Positions 10,789 to 18,708 of a DNA stretch of 64,000 nt are shown one piece after another (within the stretch, counting starts at the first letter, position 1; each line of letters begins with the position of its first letter). The DNA comes from an uncultured delta proteobacterium. GTDB taxonomy: Bacteria > Myxococcota_A > Polyangia > Fen-1088. The DNA is taken from assembly GCA_963796685.1 (NCBI GenBank), contig CAWCMR010000006.1, forward strand, positions 261,460-325,459. Direction: 5' to 3'. The notes under the pieces were generated by a model. It was not told where the DNA came from, made no database searches, and saw only the letters and a list, made by a program, of their open reading frames with translations. Both the position numbers and the translations under genes were made by a program.

Positions 10789-11934
10789 GTGGCATTGGTC
10801 AGGGTCGTTCCCTCGGTCGAGACCTCGCTCGCGGCGCTCACGCGAGCGGCTCGCCACGACATGTCTTGCGCATGCGGCCCCAGCCAGCATCGCCAGCGCG
10901 GCGCGGACGGTCTGTGGATCTACCCGGCGGCGCTGCCGTCCGGCCGGCGCGTGCCGATGCTCAAGGTGCTGCAGGCCTCCGGCTGCGAGCGCTCGTGCGT
11001 CTACTGTGTCGAGCGCTGTGGCGGGCAGGGACCGGGCGCCAGCCTCGAGCCCGAGCAACTGGCCGGTGCCTTCGTCGACCTTCATCGCAGCCGGCGCGTC
11101 GACGGGCTGTTTCTCTCGTCGGCCATCCGGGGCGGCGCGGTGGCGACCATGGACCGCATGCTGGGCACGGCCGAGCTCTTGCGCGCGCGCCACGGCTTTC
11201 GCGGCTACATCCATTTGAAAGTGATCCCTGGCAGCCGTCCGGATCAGGTCGAGCGCGCGATGGCGCTGGCCACGCGCGTGTCGGTGAACATGGAGGCGCC
11301 CAGCGCGGCCCATCTGGCGCGCATCGCGCCGGGCAAGAAGTTCGAGGACCAGATTCTCGCACCCATGCGCCAGGTGGCGCGTGCCATCGCGCGCGGCGAG
11401 TTCGCGCGCGCCGGTCAGACCACCCAGCTGGTGGTGGGCGCGGCCGGCGAGCAGGATCGCGAGGTAGTGGCCGCGGCCGCCTGGAGCTATCGCGAGCTCG
11501 AGATGGCGCGCGTCTACTACTCGGCCCTGCAACCGATCCCGGGAACGCCGGTGGCCGAGCGCCCGGCCGTGCCCTTCCTGCGCGAGCATCGCCTCTACCA
11601 AGTCGATTTTCTCCTGCGCAACTACGGCTTCTCGGTCGACGAGATCCACTTCGACGAGGCCGGGGCGCTGCCGCTCGATACCGATCCCAAGACCCTGTGG
11701 GCGCGCCGTCACCCCGAGCGCTTTCCGATCGAGATCAACCGGGCCGGGCTCCACGAGCTCGTACGCGTGCCGGGGATCGGGCCCCGCTCGGCCGCGCGCT
11801 TGCTCGCCATGCGCCGCACGCACCGCCTGCGTGACGTGGAGGCCCTGCGCGCCGCCGGCGCCTCGTGGAAGATCGCGTCGCCATTCCTTCTTCTCGACGG
11901 TAAACCGGCCGAGCGCCAACTGCGCCTGTGCTAG
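10789..11934 (+). CDS. Putative DNA modification/repair radical SAM protein with helix-hairpin-helix
   Basis: CERSCVYC motif, GLFLSS, YIHLKVIPG, REHRLYQ.D.LLR.YGF, DPK..WA, LVRVPGIG (HhH). Confidence 0.85.
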   Translation: MALVRVVPSVETSLAALTRAARHDMSCACGPSQHRQRGADGLWIYPAALPSGRRVPMLKVLQASGCERSCVYCVERCGGQGPGASLEPEQLAGAFVDLHRSRRVDGLFLSSAIRGGAVATMDRMLGTAELLRARHGFRGYIHLKVIPGSRPDQVERAMALATRVSVNMEAPSAAHLARIAPGKKFEDQILAPMRQVARAIARGEFARAGQTTQLVVGAAGEQDREVVAAAAWSYRELEMARVYYSALQPIPGTPVAERPAVPFLREHRLYQVDFLLRNYGFSVDEIHFDEAGALPLDTDPKTLWARRHPERFPIEINRAGLHELVRVPGIGPRSAARLLAMRRTHRLRDVEALRAAGASWKIASPFLLLDGKPAERQLRLC

Positions 11935-12071
11935 CGGGCGCGATTTCAACCGCTGGGGTTGACGATCGAAATTTCGCGCTTACAGTGAACGGACGAATCC
12001 GTGAGGCATGGTGCCCACGGACACGAAGACCCCGCCGGGAGCTGAAGGCCTCGGCGAAAGGAGAAGAGAAG

Positions 12072-12566
12072 ATGCAAACTGGAATCGTTTCGTGGTGGCG
12101 AGCGCACCGTGGACATTGTGGCGGTGCTTCGGCATGGAGCTGCAGCCCGGGCGGCCACCGAGGTCATGATTGGCCGGGGGGCGGCGACGGCGGCGGTGGC
12201 GGCGGCGGCGATGGCGACGGGTTTGGGGGATTCGGTGTGCGTCGACCGCTGCGCTTCTTCGCCTACAAGCTGGAGCTCGACGACCGTCAAGTCGCCGAGT
12301 TGGCGAGGATTCTCGACGAGATCAAGACCGAGCGGGCCCAAGCCGAAGTGGATCGTCGACGCACGTTGTCGGCCTTCGCCGATGCGATGGGCGGGGAGAC
12401 CTTCGACCAGGCCCGGGTCAAGGAGGCCGCGGACTTGCGCGTCGCCTCCGCGGAGAGGCTGCGTGACGCGGTCGCCAAGGCGCTCGCCCGCATCCACGCC
12501 CTGCTGAGGAACGATCAGCGCGAGCGTTTCGCCTATCTGATCCGAACCGGGGTCATCACCCTGTAG
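12072..12566 (+). CDS. Spy/CpxP-like helical protein
   Basis: LELDDRQ...IHALLRNDQRE (LTxxQ-type repeats); RBS upstream. Confidence 0.6.
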   Translation: MQTGIVSWWRAHRGHCGGASAWSCSPGGHRGHDWPGGGDGGGGGGGDGDGFGGFGVRRPLRFFAYKLELDDRQVAELARILDEIKTERAQAEVDRRRTLSAFADAMGGETFDQARVKEAADLRVASAERLRDAVAKALARIHALLRNDQRERFAYLIRTGVITL

Positions 12567-12630
12567 GCGGCAGGCAAACGCCGCAGTTTCGTGGGAGGGG
12601 CGGCCAAGCCCTCCCACGAGGGAGGTTGCC

Positions 12631-13581
12631 ATGTCCATGACGACTGCAACAAGCAATGCTCGCGAGGACCGCGAGGACCGCGACTTGCTCGACGCCTACT
12701 CACGAACGGTCACCAGCGTGGCCGAGCTGGTCAGTCCGTCGGTGGTGCGAATCGAGGCTTCGGGCAGCGGTTCGGGGTTCGTGACCACCCCCGACGGTTA
12801 CTTGCTCACCAACAGCCACGTCGTCAGTGGCGAGAAGCGTATCCACGTCACCCTGCAAGACGGGCAGCGCCTGCCGGCCCAGTTGGTGGGCGACGATCCC
12901 CACACCGACCTCGCGCTCTTGCGCATCGACGCCCCAAAACTGATCGCGCTCGCCTTTGCCGATTCGTCGGCCTTGCGCGTGGGACAATTGGCCATCGCGG
13001 TCGGCAATCCCTATGGATTCGACTGCACGGTGACCGCGGGAGTGGTCAGCGCGCTCGGCCGCTCCTTGCGCACGAAGACCGGACGCCTCATCGACGACGT
13101 CATTCAAACCGATGCCGCCTTGAATCCGGGCAACTCGGGTGGTCCGCTCGTCGATTCGCAAGGGCGTGTCGTCGGCGTGAACACGGCGGTGATCCTGCCC
13201 GCCCAAGGCATTTGCTTCGCCATCGCGGCGAACACGGCCGGGTTCGTCATGGGCAAGCTGATTCACGATGGCCGCATCCGCCGATCCCACCTCGGCATCG
13301 CCGGTCAAAACGTGCCCCTGCATCGCCGCGTGGTTCGTTTTCACGGTCTGGCCAGCGAAAGCGGCATTCTCGTCGTGTCGGTAGAACCCCAAAGTCCCGC
13401 CGCGCACGCCGGCCTGCATGATGGCGACCTGATCGTTGCCTTCGGCGATCGTCCCGTGGCCAGCATCGACGATCTTCACCGCCTGCTGACCGCCGAGCGC
13501 GCCGGCGTCCCCACGACGGTAACCATCCTTCGCGACCTCGAGAAACGCATGGTCCAGGTGGAACCCCTCTTGCGCGAATAG
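12631..13581 (+). CDS. HtrA/DegP-like trypsin serine protease with PDZ domain
   Basis: TNSHV, DLALL, GNSGGPL catalytic motifs; C-terminal PDZ (SPAAHAGL..GD); GGAGG RBS. Confidence 0.93.
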   Translation: MSMTTATSNAREDREDRDLLDAYSRTVTSVAELVSPSVVRIEASGSGSGFVTTPDGYLLTNSHVVSGEKRIHVTLQDGQRLPAQLVGDDPHTDLALLRIDAPKLIALAFADSSALRVGQLAIAVGNPYGFDCTVTAGVVSALGRSLRTKTGRLIDDVIQTDAALNPGNSGGPLVDSQGRVVGVNTAVILPAQGICFAIAANTAGFVMGKLIHDGRIRRSHLGIAGQNVPLHRRVVRFHGLASESGILVVSVEPQSPAAHAGLHDGDLIVAFGDRPVASIDDLHRLLTAERAGVPTTVTILRDLEKRMVQVEPLLRE

Positions 13582-13603
13582 CGGATGGCCTGACGTAGCC
13601 CTG

Positions 13604-14614
13604 TCAGCCAGCCGTCACCGAGAAGTTGGTGACCGCGAACGTGGCGTCCGCGCCGCCGGTCGACACCAACTCGACCCCGTAGTCGATGGCTCCGAGCGTG
13701 GAGCTGGCGGGGATCCAGCCCTTGCCGATGATGCAATCGAAGAACGACAGCAGGTTCACGGTGCCCGAGGTCACGTTCGTGGTGTCGACGAAGGCGATGT
13801 AGCTGCCACTCTTGTAGACGTCGTACGTTTGCCCGTCGAAGGTGACGGTGTCTTGGCGCGAACCCGAGGGCACCTGGTGGTAATTGTCCGTCCAGATCAT
13901 CACCTCGGTGGCGCCGCTGCTGGCGACGCCGTTGAGCCCAATATCGTAGGCGAGCTCGTAGATTCCGACCTGCGGCGCGGTGTGCGCAAAGCTACTTGAA
14001 AGGGTGGTAAACGAGCTGATCGCGGGCGCGTTGTTGAAGTCCTTGTGAACGTTGGGGTAGGTCTTGACGGCTCCGTCGCCGCTGTCGTTGTTCATCGTGG
14101 CGATCACGTACCAGTTGTTGTAGTCGCAGACGTACATGGTCTGCGACACCTGGTAGCCGGCTGCGTTCCAGGTGTCCGTATCCAGGTAATAACCGCTCAG
14201 CGTGATGCCGTCCTGGGGGTTGGACGCATTCATCGGCAAGACGTGCGTAGGATTCGTGCAAGTCTGCGACACCGCCGAAGTACCGCCGGTCGAGGTCCCA
14301 GGCCCCCCAGCAGCGCCGCCAGCGCCGCCTCCCATCCCGGCGCCACCCATACCGCCACTTCCACCGGAGCTGGACACCCCAGCGCCGCCGGAAGCGGTGA
14401 CAAGGCCGCCGTCCGTCGTGGATGTCGGGTTGGAACCGCCGCAACAGCAGAGCACAGTGAGCGCCGCGAGCAGCAGCGTGGGTCCATCGGGCGGCCATCT
14501 GCGGCCGACCGTCCGCTTCAACGGCTTTGGCGGCGCTTCCGCGATGTCATTTCTCGTCGGAATGATCGTCGCCCTCCTCCTTGGAGTACCAGTTCGCGAG
14601 CTCGATCCCGCCAC
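13604..14614 (-). CDS. GH12 endoglucanase-like lipoprotein with Gly-rich linker (start uncertain)
   Basis: VKTYPNV, AYDI, EVMIW, YGVE GH12 motifs; hydrophobic segment ending CCCG followed by a Gly-rich tether. Confidence 0.75.
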   Translation of the reverse strand: MAGSSSRTGTPRRRATIIPTRNDIAEAPPKPLKRTVGRRWPPDGPTLLLAALTVLCCCGGSNPTSTTDGGLVTASGGAGVSSSGGSGGMGGAGMGGGAGGAAGGPGTSTGGTSAVSQTCTNPTHVLPMNASNPQDGITLSGYYLDTDTWNAAGYQVSQTMYVCDYNNWYVIATMNNDSGDGAVKTYPNVHKDFNNAPAISSFTTLSSSFAHTAPQVGIYELAYDIGLNGVASSGATEVMIWTDNYHQVPSGSRQDTVTFDGQTYDVYKSGSYIAFVDTTNVTSGTVNLLSFFDCIIGKGWIPASSTLGAIDYGVELVSTGGADATFAVTNFSVTAG

Positions 14615-14912
14615 GAAGGATCTCCAGAATCTCGGGGCCAGCCTCGGTTTCGCTGATTATTCCGTTGGCGATAGCGCCGGCTACAGCCAGCTCGATGGCG
14701 TCTCCGGTGTATGTGGTGAAGAGCCGGCGATTGGGGCCTTGATGGAATTCGTGGATCCGCTGGTCCAGGTCGTGGGCGGTTATCGCGCCGCTGCGCCATC
14801 GAGCGAGCTCCCCGTCGAGGGTCGTCAGCTCCCGAGAGAGTTCTCGGTCGTAGGCAATGCCCGCGAGCTCGCGGATGCGCCGTCGCCGTGATTTTGTGAG
14901 ATCTCGCCTCAT
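14547..14912 (-). CDS. Hypothetical protein, last cassette-like gene (121 aa)
   Basis: ATG preceded by GAGGAG directly after the R' box GTTCGCC (14928-14934). Confidence 0.65.
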   Translation of the reverse strand: MRRDLTKSRRRRIRELAGIAYDRELSRELTTLDGELARWRSGAITAHDLDQRIHEFHQGPNRRLFTTYTGDAIELAVAGAIANGIISETEAGPEILEILRGGIELANWYSKEEGDDHSDEK

Positions 14913-14927
14913 GCCATCTCCTCGTCC

Positions 14928-14955
14928 GGCGAACGTCCTGGCGTTCAGCAGCAAG
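14928..14955 (-). repeat. Half attC (L'/R' only)
   Basis: Minus strand GCTGAACGCCAGGAC-GTTCGCC resembles the 3' half of the other attCs (GCTGAACGGCAAAGC-GTT); no R''/L'' partner found. Confidence 0.6.
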
Positions 14956-15097
14956 GGCGGAGGTAACCACCTTCAACGGGAGCCCAAGCGTGCCATCTGG
15001 TCCCGTCCCAGAAGGGCATAAGCAAGGGCTGCCGGCCATTGAGCTGCGAAAGATCGAGATAGGGGATATCGCTCAGGCTGATCAAATGGAGAGTCAT
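14945..15097 (-). pseudogene. Truncated cassette gene (50 aa) fused to half attC
   Basis: ATG shortly after attC1 R'; MTLHLISLSDIPYLDLSQLNGRQPLLMPFWDGTRWHAWAP... ends inside the half attC. Confidence 0.5.
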
Positions 15098-15107
15098 GGC
15101 TTGGTCG

Positions 15108-15214
15108 GGCTAACGCTTTGCCGTTCAGCTGCGAGCCCGTCGCACGAACGGTTCGTTGATGTTACTCCGATTTCCCTGCGGCGGGTTCGTCAGTCTGCAA
15201 CGGCTTGGTTAGCC
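15108..15214 (-). repeat. attC site 1
   Basis: Minus strand GGCTAAC-CAAGCCGTTGCAG...GCTGAACGGCAAAGC-GTTAGCC; toxin stop TAA lies in R''. Confidence 0.92.
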
Positions 15215-15500
15215 ATCGCCAAGTTCGAGCCGACGACGCCACGCCCTCGGATTGCGGCTGCCATGAAAGCAGGCAATCACCACGACGCACTCTGGATAGA
15301 CTCGATACAGAAGCCCAAAGGGAAACCGACGAATCGGCGCGCGACGAACGTCCCGGTAGAGAATCTGGTAGGACTCGGGCAGTTCGGAGATCGCGTTTGC
15401 AGCATGGGTAGCTGCACGAAGGAACTCAGCGCCGCTCATACCAACCGTTCGCGTCAGCCAGATCGGCCTCGGCTGCTGGCCGAAGAATGACCGGCTTCAC
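15209..15500 (-). pseudogene. RelE/ParE-family toxin broken by internal deletion/frameshift
   Basis: GTG start overlapping antitoxin stop gives MKPVILRPAAEADLADANGWYE; the rest (GAEFL...RRFPFGLLYRV...IACFHGSRNP) is in another frame with several residues missing. Confidence 0.8.
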
Positions 15501-15715
15501 CGTGAAGAGCCGATGCGACGAACCGCCTCGTCCCAGGCTGTGCCAGTCGGGCCTTCACGTTCCAGATCATCGAGGCGACCGTCGAGCTCTTCCCGCTGCG
15601 CTGGGGTCAAGGGAAGCAAGCTCGCAGCGGAACCAATGCTGTCCCAGAGCCTCCCGATCAGATCCAAACGCTCATCGGTACTGAGACGATCTACATCGAT
15701 AGCTGGCATGGCCAT
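15497..15715 (-). CDS. Addiction-module antitoxin (TIGR02574-like)
   Basis: LSTDERLDLIGRLWDSI...LTPAQREELDGRL...W motif; immediately upstream of the RelE/ParE toxin. Confidence 0.85.
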   Translation of the reverse strand: MAMPAIDVDRLSTDERLDLIGRLWDSIGSAASLLPLTPAQREELDGRLDDLEREGPTGTAWDEAVRRIGSSR

Positions 15716-15769
15716 GAACGTAGTATTCCACACTGCATCTGTCCTGCCAACCTGCACGCCGTAGCGTAT

Positions 15770-15870
15770 GGCTAACGCTTTGCCGTTCAGCGGCGCGGGC
15801 GCCGCACGAGCGGTTCGTTGATGTTACTCCGATTTCCCTGCGGCGACTGCGCTGCAACGGCTTGTTCGAC
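15770..15870 (-). repeat. attC site 2
   Basis: Minus strand GTCGAAC-AAGCCGTTGCAG...GCTGAACGGCAAAGC-GTTAGCC. Confidence 0.92.
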
Positions 15871-16141
15871 GGCGAACCCTCGTCCTTGTGAGCCTTCGAG
15901 ATTCATCACTATCGCCGCCGCTGCCGGCACCATGCTTCGCCGACCTGCCGCGGTTGCCGCCGCAAGCATTGATCGCTGCCGCAAGTGGCACGAACGGCGA
16001 CGCCCAGTCGCACGCCGACCAGAGATGTCGTCCCGTCCGAGCCCTCAGATACCGTCACCTTCCAAGTAGTTTGTCCGTCGAACGCCTTGCCGTTAAGCTG
16101 CGAGCGGCCGTCCGCGGCCGATCGACAGCTTCAACGGCTTG

Positions 16142-18118
16142 GTGATGCCTGGAGGTACCCATGAAACCATAAGGTGAAAGTCCTGAAGCGGTAGAAGATC
16201 GAAGCCGCATAGCTTGGGTGGCGCCGACATGGGAAATCCTGGCGGCGAAGCCCACCGACAAAGCCCCGCATGGCGGGGCGAGCAAGGGCGCGGGCCGCAA
16301 CGACGAGTGAACGTCTGGACAAGGCCCCGAGATGAAGGAACCCCGGGTGCCGAGCTGGCCAAGTAGGGGCGAAGGCAGTAGGTGACTCCAAACGCGATCT
16401 GGGGAGGCACCGCCCGGCGGGGTAAAGGACGGCAGCACGCGCTCAAGGTCATGGGAGAAAACAGGGAAGGGCTCCTCGCCCCGTGGAGAAAGCCCACGGA
16501 AGCAAGGTAGTCGCGCGAGCCGGAAGGCGAAGTGCGGTGAAGGCGAGAGCCTGACGGATGGGTCCGTATGAGCGAGGAAGCGGGGTAACGCCCGCGGAGC
16601 AAAGGGGCCCTGCCGGAGGCAATCGGAGCAGAGAAGCGAGGCAAGAGCGGGATGACAAAGCCCACCATCAGTTTGCAAGAACTTCGAGCGAAGATAGGCC
16701 AACGGGCGAAGTCCGCCCCTGCGCATCGCTTTTGGGGATTACACGTCCACATCAAGAAACTCGAAACGCTCGAAGCGGCGTACCTGGAGGCCAAGCGCAA
16801 TGGCGGAGCCCCTGGGTCAGACGGCGAGACGTTCGAGATGATTGAGGCGCAGGGCCGAGGAGAGTTTCTCGCGAAACTCGCCGAGGAACTGCGCGCGGAC
16901 ATGTACCACCCGAGGCCGTATCGACGAAGAGAGATTCCCAAGGAGGGCGGCAAAGTCCGCGTGATTTCGATTCCTGCGATTCGAGACCGCGTGGTGCAAG
17001 GCGCCCTTCGGCTGATTGTGGAACCAATCTTCGAAGCCGACTTCTCGGACAGCTCGTATGGGGCTAGGCCGGGACGAAGCGCGCATGAGGCAAGCGAGAA
17101 AGTGCGAATGGGATTGCGCCAGGGCCGACACCGCGTGGTCGACGTCGACCTGTCCCGCTACTTCGATACGATTCGGCATGACCGAATCTTGGCGAAGGTG
17201 GCAAGACGGGTTGTCGACAGCGATGTGCTGGCCATGGTGAAGCAGTTTCTCAAGAGCACCGGCGACCGAGGCGTGCCACAAGGCTCGCCGCTGTCACCCC
17301 TTCTCGCAAACCTCGCGCTCGACGACCTGGACCACGCCCTTGACCGAGGAGGCGGCACCATCACCTATGCGCGATACCTGGACGACATGGTCGTGCTCGC
17401 GGCCGACACCTCCAAAGGGCGGCAGTGGGCAGACCGAGCGCTCGTGCGCATCCGCCAAGAGGCGGAGGCCATCGGCGTGTCGCTCAACGCAGAGAAGACC
17501 CGTCTGGTCACGATAACGGAGCCAGGGGCGAGCTTTGCGTTTCTGGGATTCGAGTTTCGTTGGGAGCGGAAGCTCGAAGACTGGAAGATGGTATCCGAGC
17601 AGAACCCCGCGACCGAAGAAGGTCATCGCGGTCCTACAGGAAGTTGGGAGAATCTTGCGCAGGAGCCGCCACTTGCCTATGCCAGGGGCGGTTGCGCAGG
17701 TGAATTCTGTCCTGCGGGGTTGGGTGAACTACTTTCGTGTCGGCAACTCGGGGACGGCGTTCGGCAAAATCAAGTACGAGGTCGAACGCAAGGTGAGGCG
17801 ACTGGCGGCCAAGAAGTGCAAGCGCAAGGGATTCGGCTGGAAGCGGTGGAGTAGCGCCGTGGTGTACGGAACGTGGGGCCTCTTTCGAGACTACCGCGTG
17901 GTGTACTGGAGCGCGAAAGCATGCCCCGGCGGAACGGACGCATAACCCCGATGGAAGACGCCTTCGCGGTGAGCCGGATGCGGGAAATCCGCCTGTCCGG
18001 TTCGATGTGGCGGGGGCCGGAGACGGAGTGATGGAACCTCTAAACGGGCACGAAGCCGGAAACGGCGGACACAGCCAAGGGGCATCCTGCACACCACCGC
18101 GCCGGTCCCCGACCCGAC
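16142..18118 (+). mobile_element. Group II intron inserted in the attC bottom strand
   Basis: 5' GTGATG, 3' ...CCCGAC; domain V GAGCCGGATGCGGGAAATCCGCCTGTCCGGTTC at 17971-18003; long DVI; internal RT ORF. Confidence 0.9.
16652..17945 (+). CDS. Group II intron reverse transcriptase/maturase, no endonuclease domain (frameshift near 17570)
   Basis: APGSDG, IPK, DRVVQ, SYGARPGRSAH, DLSRYFD, PQGSPLSP, RYLDD, FLGF; maturase LRGWVNYF in the second frame. Confidence 0.93.
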
Positions 18119-18130
18119 TTCGACAGCCTA

Positions 18131-18586
18131 CTACAGTTCCTCGGCAACACGTTTCCACCAACTGTCCCGGGTCATCCGATACTTCTCGACGCGCTCGCAG
18201 AGGTCGGCGCCAGGAGCCGTGCATACATAGTTACCCCGCTCCCAGGATGACGTCTTGGTGTAGCCCATTTCCGTCATGATGTCGAAGGCCTCACTGTACG
18301 TGAGAGCGAACGTAGCCGTTTTCGACACGTCATCGAGATTCCAAACATACGCAATCAGCAGATTAGGGAACTTCGCGTATTTCTGGTCGAGGCCAAAGCT
18401 TCGATTGCTTGCAGCCTTCATCTGTATGGGGCGCGCTCGAAATGTTGGGACACTGGAGAGCAGATCGGCGTAGGCGATGAGGTCGACGCTACGGTCTCGG
18501 AGAGGCAGGGACACCTCAAGCCCGGAACGGATCAACTCGCCGACGAGATGATTGCGTCCGAGCAGCTCAACAATCTGTGAATCCAT
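18131..18586 (-). CDS. Cassette protein, PD-(D/E)XK nuclease-like
   Basis: 151 aa; E..G....EL...G, D..VDLI, PIQMK motif pattern; AAGGAG RBS right after R'. Confidence 0.6.
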   Translation of the reverse strand: MDSQIVELLGRNHLVGELIRSGLEVSLPLRDRSVDLIAYADLLSSVPTFRARPIQMKAASNRSFGLDQKYAKFPNLLIAYVWNLDDVSKTATFALTYSEAFDIMTEMGYTKTSSWERGNYVCTAPGADLCERVEKYRMTRDSWWKRVAEEL

Positions 18587-18604
18587 GCAGATGCTCCTTG
18601 GTCT

Positions 18605-18708
18605 GTCGAACGCTTTGCCGTTCAGCAGCGGGGGTGCCGCCGAACCGGCGACCGGATTCTACACGATGCCCCTGCGGCACCACCGTCTGCTGCAACGGCT
18701 TGTTAGGC
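18605..18708 (-). repeat. attC site 4
   Basis: Minus strand GCCTAAC-AAGCCGTTGCAG...GCTGAACGGCAAAGC-GTTCGAC; upstream gene stop TAA in R''. Confidence 0.92.

Larger units (their letters stand above)
16077..18124 (-). repeat. attC site 3, interrupted in R'' by a group II intron
   Basis: Removing 16142-18118 restores plus-strand ...CAACGGCTTG|TTCGAC, identical to the corresponding end of attC2. Confidence 0.85.

Noticed and set aside
12589-12619. Hairpin TCGTGGGAGGG...CCCTCCCACGA before the protease RBS as a terminator or thermometer
   Set aside because: No U-tract, and the GGAGG RBS lies outside the stem; function unsupported
14960-14976. GGGCTCCCGTTGAAG (minus strand) as a deleted R''/L'' of the half attC
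   Set aside because: Equally explained as coding sequence (WAPVEG) of the truncated gene; cannot be distinguished
16652-17945. Reverse transcriptase as a retron, DGR or defence RT
   Set aside because: Has a maturase domain and is followed by group II domains V/VI; no template/variable repeat pair or msr-msd seen
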